Made by a program: the position numbers and the translations under genes. DNA of 50,737 bases from Trypethelium eluteriae (taxonomy: Eukaryota): contig JAVECL010000116.1 of the NCBI GenBank assembly GCA_051942245.1, positions 1 to 50,737 on the forward strand, given 5' to 3'. The notes beneath the pieces are model-generated. The model worked only from the letters and a program-made list of their open reading frames with translations, made no database searches and was not told the origin of the DNA. This document shows, piece after piece, positions 12,548-23,146 of the stretch (position 1 is the first letter of the stretch; every line of letters starts with the position of its first letter).

Positions 12548-14029
12548 TTATCTTGCCAAATTGACATTGACACTCTTAGTCTGAGTGAATAAAAGCAGTT
12601 CATCAAAACTCTCCTCACGTCCCAGGCCCGACTCTTTGACTCCTCCGAATGGAACATTGAGAAAGTGCCTTCCAACCTGATTTACCCAAATATACCCAGC
12701 TTCAACTTTCTTAGCGGTCGAATGGGCTGTGGCCAGATTTTCCGAATAAATGGACGCTGTTAGCCCGTATTGGGTGGCGTTCACCATTGTCAGAAGCTCT
12801 TCCTCGTCCCTCCATTTAAAAACGGACATTACTGGTCCGAAGATTTCCTCTTTAGCGATGCGCATTGTGGGTTTCACGTCTGCAAAGATCGTGGGTTCGA
12901 TGAAGAAGCCCCCTTGGATGTCGGCATTCTCAGTTGGAGGCTTTCCCCCTACGACAAGCTTTGCCCCTTCCTGCTTCGCTGATTCGATGTAACCTAAAAC
13001 ACGATCATGTGCTTGCTTGTTGATTACTGGGCCCATGGTGGTGGACATCTCTGTCGGAACCCCAGGCTTGAAGTGCTCTTGAACGAATCTTGTTACCTTC
13101 TGTAAGACCTCATCGTGCAGTTGCTCATGTAAGAAAACTCTACTCGTCGACCCACATGACTGTCCTGCCCACGTGAAGTTCATACCTTTGGCGACACCCT
13201 CGACAAGCTTTTCCATGTTGGCGTCAGGAAATGCAATGAGGGCATTCTTGCCTCCCAGCTCCAGAAGCGTCGGCTTGAGACTATCTGCCGCAGCCTTTTG
13301 GATCGCCTTACCTGTGGGTACGCTTCCGATAAGCGTCACCTTCTTCACCAACGGATGAGTGCTCAGCGCCTTCCCGCACTCCACGCCGCCTGGAAGCACA
13401 TTGACAACTCCTGGAGGGAACACGTCTGCTAGAATTTCTGCAAGCCGCAAACACGACAGTGGCGCCTGGTCTGGCGGTTTGATGATGACGGTGTTCCCAG
13501 CTGCCAGCGGAGCTGCCAACTTCGCTCCCGCAAACATCACGGGATGATTGAATGCAACGATCCGCGCGACGACCCCTAGAGGTTCGCGGAGGGTGTAGTG
13601 GAAGGTTTCGTCAGATACGGGGATTGTCTCTCCCTTCAGCATCGGAATCAGGCCAGCGAAATAGTCCAAGTTTGCTGCCGCCACATTCGCATCGCTGAGC
13701 ATTTCAGCAACGGGATTTCCCGTGTTGAGAGCATCCAAGAGTGCGAGCTCCTTCGCATGTTGGCGGAGCACATTTGCTGCATTGCGTAAGTGAGCAGCTC
13801 GCTGTGCTGGAGCAGTTGTCTTCCAGCTCAAGAAAGCCTTGTGGGCAGCGGTGACAGCTGCGTCAACATCATCTTCACTGGCTTGTAAGATTTTGTCGAT
13901 GGCTTTGCCATTTCCAGGGTTGAGTGTTTCTTTCCACTGTCCCGCGGATGGGGTCTGCCATTTTCCGTCATAGAACAGGGATTTGTTTTTCGGTAAAGAA
14001 GATTCGATGCTGGGTAAACCAGTGGCCAT
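12548..14029 (-). CDS. NAD(P)+-dependent aldehyde dehydrogenase, PhdK (2-carboxybenzaldehyde dehydrogenase)-like; intronless
   Basis: First ATG 14029 (MATGLP). AFNHP, IGSVPTG, LELGGKNA (catalytic Glu), GMNFTWAGQSCGSTSR (catalytic Cys, PhdK-like context), EEIFGPV, PFGGVKESGLGRE. Confidence 0.9.
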   Translation of the reverse strand: MATGLPSIESSLPKNKSLFYDGKWQTPSAGQWKETLNPGNGKAIDKILQASEDDVDAAVTAAHKAFLSWKTTAPAQRAAHLRNAANVLRQHAKELALLDALNTGNPVAEMLSDANVAAANLDYFAGLIPMLKGETIPVSDETFHYTLREPLGVVARIVAFNHPVMFAGAKLAAPLAAGNTVIIKPPDQAPLSCLRLAEILADVFPPGVVNVLPGGVECGKALSTHPLVKKVTLIGSVPTGKAIQKAAADSLKPTLLELGGKNALIAFPDANMEKLVEGVAKGMNFTWAGQSCGSTSRVFLHEQLHDEVLQKVTRFVQEHFKPGVPTEMSTTMGPVINKQAHDRVLGYIESAKQEGAKLVVGGKPPTENADIQGGFFIEPTIFADVKPTMRIAKEEIFGPVMSVFKWRDEEELLTMVNATQYGLTASIYSENLATAHSTAKKVEAGYIWVNQVGRHFLNVPFGGVKESGLGREESFDELLLFTQTKSVNVNLAR

Positions 14030-15484
14030 GATCAAAGACTCAATCTCAGTAATAGGTCCTGTCAATCGAATTGAATGTATCCTACTATGTGGAAAGTCTT
14101 TATTCTCGAAGCCTAACTGTCTGCAGACAGTAGCTGTCTACATTCCGTCAAGTTCCACTCTGGCGACGCAATCCTCTGCTTGGTAGAGGGGCCACTGCCA
14201 GGGGGGTTGAGGAGGTGAGGGGGTCAGGCGTGCCGGGTCCGGTAAATCGGCATCAGGAACGTGACTTCCGCTCCTCAGCGAGCGACGCCCGTCAGCAGCA
14301 GCACCCCTCTGCGTTGGTTCTCTGTCCGCTTAAGCATAATGGAACGGAGCTCAACAATAGCCAAGAGACATTGCGTTCATCAACGCTTCCATTTACTCTA
14401 ACAATCGTTTAGTAGGTGTATACCCTTGCTTTTCCAGCCATCAACCCGATTTTGTCGTCTCTCCGAAGGACTAGCAAGTGTTCTCTTTTCCGGGGAACCT
14501 ATTCGATTCGCCAGAAAGGTTTGACTGCTGAAGCACTCTTTAAAACCTCCCTACTGGAACGCTACGATGTGGTGGTGCTGGATCAATACTGGTGACTGAC
14601 GACAAGGGTTTCCATGCAGGTTAGACAGATGGCCGTTTCGGAACAGCTATTCCTGAAGTAGCACTTCAGTCGCTTCAAGAATCGTCTCCTCCGGAGGCTT
14701 AAATACATGGTTCTTTCTAAGGAGCACACTCTTAAAAAGGCTTTCTTAATTTCGTATCGAACATTCTACATGCTCCTCAGAAGAAGTTTTGAACTTACCA
14801 GTGAATCGCGATAGTTTGGTCGATCAGGAGCAAGCAACATCGAACATCTGCGTTATTGATGCGCGACAGCATTCGAAATCGACCATCCATGGATGCTCTC
14901 AGACGGACAAGTCGGGATTTGCTTCGGTTACGTGGGCAGGTATGTAGGGAAGTGTGTCATTTGCTATCTTTAAACAGGCTCGCGTAGCTGTCAAAGCTAT
15001 TCCGTCCAGATCTTGCATTTGGCTTCGCAATCCGATCAGTGCTTGGCAACCTCCACTTCGAGGTTTGGCTGATCGGTCACTAAGCCAGCACCCACCCTCG
15101 ACTGTCGTCCTTCTTACGGTATGACAATGACCGTGACTAGGATCTATGTACCCCGCTCTTCAAGATACTCGACTTTGCATGAAAATTGACTCATTCTCCC
15201 TCAGGGTTGCGTACTAGATCTCATCTGCTGCGCTTTCCAACATAATATGGTTGATGCCGGCAATAGGCTCGACCGACACTATCGATAATTTGAACTTCCA
15301 GCAATAGCCACAGGCTGAATCGTAGATCTGCGTACAGCATGATAAGCAACCATCGTCTACCATCCGGTTAAGAGTGAGACAAATATCCTTGCATGCCTTT
15401 GATATCTGTTGTGTAGAGGGTGGTAATTGGAAAGCTGGACTTCTTTCGACCAGTCCTGCCGTCGCTACCCGAGCTACATCAGGC

Positions 15485-15649
15485 TCATTGGAAGCGACCA
15501 AACCCACAGTTCCGACAATTCGCGGATCGCAAATCGTCATCACAATATTTCATTCGCAGGGCACATGGTGGGCCTATCTCACTTCACCCAGGATGTTCGC
15601 TAGAACCCTGAGGTATAGTTTTGCTAGTGGGTTTGGAGGGAACTGCCAT
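15485..15649 (-). pseudogene. Decayed Zn(II)2Cys6 transcription-factor 5' remnant
   Basis: In one frame from ATG 15649: MAVPSKPTSKTIPQGSSEHPG*SEI-G-PP-C-ALRMKY-C-DDDLRSAN-C-RN-C-GFGRFQ-*. Spacing is exactly x2/x6/x8/x2/x6, with Cys1 as GGC and Cys6 as TGA, each one base from a Cys codon. A basic RTGRKK follows. Confidence 0.45.
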
Positions 15650-16489
15650 ATCTAAGCAATCAATCATATTTTGTATCACTGGCTTGAGACGAGTCCAGTC
15701 AGTCTTACAGCCTTCACCGGAACTTTTTTGGAGACCCTGTCAACCACAGCTATCGTGGCGGGGCATTGTCAGAGCCTTGGAGATGAGTCGGGCAAATCAC
15801 CAACACGACTTTACTCGCCCAACTTTACAGCCCGGACTCGTGGCGACCAGTTGACCGGTGAAGGTGCGGGCTCAAGGTTTCCATGCACTTGACCTTGCAA
15901 CCTGTTAGTCATCCGACGCAAATGCACTTGCTAGCATCTGGAAACATCTGATCTGCCGGCTCGTTTTGGAATGGTCCATACTTCTCAAAATCTATCGTAT
16001 CATCGCTGCGACATCTACTTGCCAGCCTGTCCATGAAGATTGTCTCTGACATATTCCGCGCCGGCTCTCATTGTGGATTGGGACAATCCCACCTGCAACT
16101 CCGTACTCAATTAGGTAGACTGGAGGTGAGGAGTCACGATGGGGTTGAGCAGGAAGTAGGCACTGTGTACTAGCATTAAGTATCACAGCCATGGTATGTG
16201 ACACCTGCAGAGGCCTTAACAGGGAAGTGATTTGACTGCAGTTACTCTTGGACATGTGATGGATTCTCTCATTATGCATAGTCAACTACCTTAGGAGGGA
16301 TATATCACGATGATCTATACCTCTCAGATAAAGATGCAGAAGTCAAAAGGTTCAGGTATATATTCTTTCGGACGTCTGTGCTTCCACCACTAAAACATAC
16401 TTTTTGCTTATGCCTTTTTCAGGTGTTACAGCGCATAAGGAGGATTCTGAAAATTCCAACATAACCTGAGCTTTCTCTGAGAATAAGCT

Positions 16490-17975
16490 ATGGTCTCCAT
16501 TTCTCGTCGTCTATTACTTGATTCTCTCAAGGGACAACGCATTCACATACCAGACTTGCACGTCCTCTTCCAGCATTGGCCTATTTCTATCAACAAAGAA
16601 CTCGAGAGACTGAGATTTGATGTTGATAGGAAGCTACAAGAGTACGTCTCACAAGAGTTGTCAAATGCCTCTCTTGACAATGATAGTCTTTTTCCCGATG
16701 ATCCACGACTCCCATATCTGAAGTCCGCAGATTTTGCCTTGTTTGGCAGCTCGTGGTGGCCTGAAGCAGAATACATCAACTTGCGAACTGCAACATATCT
16801 CGCGATATGGGTAAGCTATTGAGAGCCTTACGATATCTATGCTAAAGACTAATTTCACTTAGCTTTTTACCTGGGATGATGGCTAGTAAATTGTCCAGAT
16901 ACGATGCTATTTGAGGCTGATTTGGTAAACAGAGGTCGACGCCGAGGTCGGCCCTTTAGCTTCAGACATCCAAAAGGCTCACTCCTTCCGCGCTGAGACC
17001 ATCCCTTACGTCAAGGATTGCCTTGGAATCTCTGAGAAGGTACCAGGCGTGTGTCCTTCTAGCAGTATTATCCGTAGCTTCATGGCAGTCAGCGAGGAGG
17101 TATGTAAAGTCTACAACGAAGGTATACAAATGCATCTATCCATGTCTTCATCACTGAAGCATACTGAATTCAAACAGAGCAGCGATCCACTCTAGTTGAT
17201 GAGATCGCTTTCTTTATGCGGACTTCAGCTACGGAACAGAAGGCCCGACTTGCTCCAGAGATGCCCTCGCTTCCAGACTACATTGAATGTCGTATGGGCA
17301 CGAGTGCTGTGGGCGTGACCTGTGGAATAATTGAGTGGGTTACGAAAAGCAATAAAACCTTGCTCATTAGTACAATCTGATGCTGGATCCGCAGGTACGC
17401 TTATGAGAAGGCCCTGCCATCTGTGGTGATGAAAGATCCAGACATGAAAGTGCTCTGGGCTCAGGTAAATATCATTGTCTGGGTGTAAGTCCTGCCTTGC
17501 CTCTAGGAATGGGAAATACTGTACTCATGTTGGAGCTAGTGTCAACGATCTGCTCTCTATCAAAAAGGAAATCGTGAGGACCAAAATCCGCGTGTCCCTT
17601 GTGAGAGCCACATTGACCACTTTATAGGCGCAAGATACTGTCGATAGCCTGATACCACTACTTTACCTCAAACATGGGAATGTGCAAGATGCCATTGAGA
17701 TCGCAGTATCAGGTCTTGAGGCAGAAATCCGAAACTTCGATGAAATTTCGGGAAAGTTGCAGGCTCGTTATTCATATGATCCAACAACGCAAAAAGCATT
17801 ATCGACGTTCATCAAAGCCTGTCAATTCAATTGCACTGGGAATTTGCATTGGAGGTGAGTGACGGTTCTTTTATTCAGAGTCAGTCACTAACAAGAGCGT
17901 TTCACAAGCCTAGCAACGGGAAGGTATGGCATTTGCCAAGAATCAGTCCGCGAAGGCATCTTTATCATGCTATAG
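16490..17975 (+). CDS. Class I terpene synthase/cyclase (probable sesquiterpene synthase), 9 exons
   Basis: Spliced product has WLFTW-DDEVD (DDxxD), RMGTSAV, NDLLSIKKE (NSE/DTE) and WSLATGRY (WxxxxxRY). Introns 16642-16686, 16811-16862, 16882-16932 (GC-AG), 17122-17177, 17335-17394, 17485-17539, 17574-17627 and 17855-17908; stop TAG 17973-17975. Confidence 0.9.
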
Positions 17976-20176
17976 AGAGTTTGGTATTTCCGACACAGAG
18001 TCTAGAGGAAGGCTACCGCCATATCCAGTCTGTTCAAGGTATAAGTGTGGGGGCATTTTGCCTTTAAGTGGAAGGTATTTAGGTTTAGCTACAGCTAGCC
18101 TCGGTGCTGCGTTGCCGCTGCCTTATCGAACTATCAGAAGTGCCAATATGGACAACAAACCATGCGCAAACTATGCGAATCAGTTGAAGTTCGCCGTCTG
18201 TACCATTGAAGAGATATAGCACAACCTCAGTCTTTGGCAGGTATCAAAAGGTTTATGTGGGTGACGCAATGTCGACAAGATTAGTCAATCAAGAGAGCTG
18301 ATCTCAGAAAACCCCTTGTAAGCTAAGCATTACTAAAAGGCTCTTTTGTAGAGATCGCTACTGTGATTCGACATATCTGAGAGCAGTAGGTAAAATCCTC
18401 ATCATAGACGGGCAGTAAAAGGGCGATGAAGTAAAATCTCTGATACACAGATTTCCTGGAGAGTCTTGTTAGTAACTTTTCATATCTCTAGTAGCTTCAG
18501 GGTAGCCTACCCATAATCGCTGAGGGTATTTATGGAAAGACCATAATTGCCGCACCGTGGGAATACCCAGTTTTCCAATCCCATGAATGCCTCCTCACTG
18601 ACACAGCATAGCCATGGTTATGAAGAAGAGCCAGAACCAGTCTGCTAGCCTTGCTAGAAAGGACTATCATCCTGCGTAGAAGGAATTTGTGCCTCGTGCA
18701 AGTAGCCTTAGCGCAATCAACACTCTTGCGTTGGAGGAAATGTCCTCAATAGGGAGTAGTTTATGAAGACTGTTGAATGAATGGATAGTGTATCCATCTT
18801 TCGCCTTCAGGTTAACTTTTCTTAATTCGAATTTCTTGCCGATCGGAGCAAAAATCTTGGCCAGCGGGATGGTGGGACGGCTCGTCGCGTACTTGTTTGG
18901 CAGTCTCAGGGGGATGAGTTCGCCGCACTTGACAAAATGATCGAACTTATGTCAAAAAAGGATGAGCCTCTAGAGATGCCTCGGCCTGATTCGCCCCAGA
19001 ATGTGCGTCCAGCTCTCCAGGTGAGCTTCCCTGTTGACTATCCATATCCTGGTCTGACATCTCCTCCCGGCAGCCTCTTGACAAGAAAAAAGAATGGTGA
19101 CTAAGAGGCTCGGACGATTTTTGGAGTATCAGCATCCTAAGAAAGCCAACGAGGTGGGAAATGTAAGTGGGGCGTAATCGACACTAATTCTTGGACTTAG
19201 TGGTCTGAGCAATTAAAACAGGACACCGACTTGGAAACTGAGCAATCCATCTGGTATCTGAAGCGGCGTGGGAAAAATTTCCATCGATTTAGTAACTTAT
19301 TCAGTGGATAAAATGAGGCTGCATGACTGTCAGTCAGGGATCGCCGTTACGGTACTTTTTGAAAATGGTCTAATGCACCAAGTGCGCGCACAGTTGAGTA
19401 GGTTGAGCCGCGGTGGGCTTACTCTAGAATAGAGTAGACTTTTACGGAGTACTTTAGAGTACGAGGAAACCTGAAGAACTTTCGGACTCAATCGGTGAAC
19501 GCAAGTCGGACGGGACCTTCCACACAACCCCATGACATGACGCTAAACGAATGAGAATGTTCCCGAGCAGCTCGAGTCCTACCGCTGGAGTTCCTTAATA
19601 GAGCTCGCAGCTTTAGAATTCATGCTGTATTAGCTTGTGGTGTCACTATCTCGGCTTCGGCTCAGCATGTAGAGTAAGGGCGATCACTGGATCTTGCGGC
19701 CACGGAAGTTGCTGTCTATCTGGGGTAGAGTACTCCGTAGCTCGCACTGGTAAGTATCACCACTATCGGAGTCCAATATGCCTCGGCTGCAGATCGCTAT
19801 CAGATAGAGAAGTCCATTGGTCGGGGTTATCGACTAGGACCGTCCTATAGCTTTCTATATTGATTGCAGCAGCATGTGAAATGAAAAATGTTCGCTGTGT
19901 TCCCACACTGAAGTTGCGGGGAAGATTGACTAGAGTACTTAGGGTTTCATCTCCGCGTATCCATGCTGCTTGGTCTGGGCCTGGTTCCCACGCCACTAGC
20001 GATTACCGCGGCTAGACCCTGCCTTATCCCATCCCAGCATAGGCTAAGAAAGATCCATCTTGCGATACTGTAGCATCAGGACACCTGGATCATGTGAATT
20101 TTTCCGCCATGGAGAGCGATAAACAGGGGAGAAGTCCCAGCCTGGGCAATCCTGCTTTCGGATCCCACTCGCCGTC

Positions 20177-22319
20177 ATGGAGGACCACCGGCACAACTCA
20201 ATCAGAGAGACCTCAAGTCATCGCATCCTTGAAGAGCCTTCACGCCGTAGCTCGCCTTGGGCTGATTCGGGGGACAATGCAGATGTGGAAGACGCGAGAT
20301 ATGGTGCCTTCGAAGCGAATTCACGGCACAGTACAGCCGTAGAGACACCAAGGCCCAGCGTCCCAAGAAGGGATCCAAGACACAGCGCAGTCCTAAGAAA
20401 TAGTGTGGTCATAGAGGACCCAGATTACAATCCTTTCATGGAGACGCCAAAGCAAAAATTTCCTGCCACGGTCATGGAGAAGACTGTCTCGTCCAACGCC
20501 TCCAGTAACAGATATTCCACCGTAACGATGGAAAAGACTGCTTCGTGGCATCCCACAGACAATGGAGATGAAATTGCCTTCGTGCGCACAACATCGGGTG
20601 ACGTTCTCGCCGCCCCTGGAACCGTTGTACTTTACGATGATCTTGACGTTCAAGGGACGACTCTTCTTTACGACGAGGACAATCTCAAGTATATCCCTAT
20701 GCCTTCGGCGGATCCCAAGGATCCCTTAAATCTGCCTTCCTGGAGGAAATGGGCTGCTATCACTGCACTCTGCTTTTACGGTGCTGTAGCTCTCGCATCT
20801 GAAATCATTATTGGCATGCTCGTCCCTGTCTTCGTTCTGTACTATGCCGGCATCGACCCCAAAATTCTTGGTGAGCTTTCGGGAATTCCAACTGGCCCAG
20901 ATGGCAAAGTCAACCCTGATCCAGTGTCCACGTTGAGCTCGTTGGGTGGTCCTCCAATCTGGCGTGTATACCTACTGACCTCATTGCCGCTCTTGACAAA
21001 TGGCTTGTCAAACTACTTTCTCATTCCATTGGCGATTGCCGTTGGTCGTCGTCCCGTGCTCTTGCTCTGCGGTGCTCTTGCGTGGGCTGGTAGTCTCTGG
21101 GCAGGCTCTAGTTCCAGTCTGGACAGCCACATTGCAGCACGATGTGTTCAAGGGCTAGGCGCTGGGACTGTCGAAGCATTGGTGCCGCTCGTCGTACAAG
21201 ACTTTGTCTTTATTCACCGTCGCAATACGGCGATAAGTGCAGTCTGGTCCTGGCAAGCTATCATCATCGTGACCATCGGCCTTGCTGCACCATACGTCAT
21301 CGCGGATTTAGACTGGCGATGGCTGTATTATATACTTGGTATCCTCGGTGCTTTTTCCTGGATCCTTCTTCTACTCTTCGTTCCCGAAACCCGCTGGATG
21401 CGTACGTCAGAGGAGCTCAACGGCGAGTCTCCGTGTCCGCTCCCCGCGGGCCAGTATCGACCTCGGCTAGATCCAACAACCTATGGGAATCGCAATTTCA
21501 AGTCGAACTTCGGTATACTTATGGGTAAGTACGACTGGAATTGGGCAGGATCTGCACTGTACAATACGATGAAGTCGGCTCTATTTCCGAACATGGTCTG
21601 GATGATCTTGGTAAACAGCATATTCATGGCAATCACCAACTCCGCCTACCAGCTTGGTGCACCAGTACTTTTAGCTGCCAACTGGCCATTTAAGCATCTG
21701 GGCCTGGGCATTCTACCTATCGCTTGCGCCATGCCCTGTGTCTGGGCGTATGGTGGAGTGTTTACAGATTGGGTCTCCAATCGGATGGCCCGACGCAGAA
21801 ACGGGAGGCGAGAGCCTGAAGCACATCTGCTGTCGCTAGCCTTTCCAATCCTATGCGGTATTATTGGCTGTCTGCTGTTTGGTGCTGGGGGCCAATACGT
21901 CAACAATGAGTCTTGGATCATACTTCTATTCGGAATCTTTTTCATCGCCTTCTCCTTCCTCTCAACCATCACCATTACGTCCGTTTACGTTGTAGAGAGC
22001 TACCCCGAGTGGGCCGGGTGAGTTCGAGTGATTTAATGACTAAAGCAAGCTAACGTATCTTTGCAGTCCCGTTCTCGTCAATGTCTCCTCCTTCAGATGC
22101 ATTATCGGCTTCGCCTTTGCTTTCAAGGTGTCGGATTGGGTGCAAGCGCGAGGATACTTTGCATGTTTTGGGATTTATGCCGGTGTACTTGGATTTCTGG
22201 CCATGGGACTACCAATCGTGTACTTGACTGGAAAAAGGATCCGGAAGTATACGAGTCGGTTCGTTGGCATTGAAGAACCAGTGAATACTTCTTTTGAGAA
22301 GGATGTTTCTGCTAGATGA
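20177..22319 (+). CDS. MFS transporter (DHA1/HOL1-like) with long hydrophilic N-terminus, 2 exons
   Basis: PMPSADPKDPLNLPSWRK, AVGRRPV, multiple TM helices, WRWLY, VPETRW, REPEAHL. Intron 22018-22066 joins to the 22128-22319 ORF. Confidence 0.88.
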
Positions 22320-22734
22320 CCAAAATTCTATGTCATACGAGCAGATAGGATAATGAACTCAATTCGATTTATCCAGAGCAAGTGAAAGGGGAGTTCATCA
22401 CAGCGACGATGCTCGATTGATCCAAATGCTCACACAGAGTCTCCTGCTCTTAATGACCTTGTCGCCTTTACCCATGGGTTGTCCCTAATATTCTGTAGTC
22501 ACGCGTTCATCTCAACAGCTTCTGTTGACGAGCTTCTACTTTCATCAGAGCTATTTCATTGCCAATGTGCCTCCTTCGCAGATCTGAATTAAGCATTACC
22601 AGCAAGAACAGGTAGAGTCACAGGTATCAACTAGGTTCACCCATTGCCTGTTCTACCTTTACACATGAGCGGTTGGTAAGCAAACCTGAGCTGTGATGAT
22701 ACAACTTCACAGCACACCCAACTTAAATCTAAAC

Positions 22735-22785
22735 TAGCCTAAGCTATACCTAAGCTAGCCCAAGCTAATCAGGTATTTAAGCTAG
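22735..22785. repeat. Short degenerate tandem repeat, ~10 bp unit (CC)YAAGCTA x4
   Basis: ctagcctaagctatacctaagctagcccaagctaatcaggtatttaagctagc read directly; followed by several GCTCAG copies. Confidence 0.4.
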
Positions 22786-23146
22786 CAGGATGGACTCAGG
22801 TAAGCTCAGGCATTGCCATGGTGAGCTCAGTCCTGCTCAGTCCCAATGACGAGCCTCTGGATCTCTTGTACAATCGTGTCAATTGCATAGCCTTGCATTC
22901 TATGAAAAGCGTTAGCCTTACCCAAATGAACAAGGCCCTGTATCTTGATACCCCAACTCTGCGGTCTCAAAGGCGATTTCATTACGTGGAAACCAGAAGA
23001 GGTCCGTAATTTCGGCTATCCTCAGCACCATTCACCTGTTTGCTATTCCCCTATACGTCTGTAGCCAGCTCCTCAACCTGCACCTCATGCTTCTCCTCTT
23101 TCCCGGCCTGCTTCTCCACCTCCAGCCACCGTTACAAAATATCCTT

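Noticed and set aside
18300..19135. Minus-strand open stretches (MSDQDMDSQQGSS..., HKFDHFVKCGELIPLRLP...) suggesting a decayed gene
   Set aside because: Interrupted by stops and frame changes, with no recognisable domain.
22735..22845. AAGCTA/GCTCAG repeats as a transposon or LTR remnant
   Set aside because: No terminal repeats, target-site duplication or coding remnant seen.
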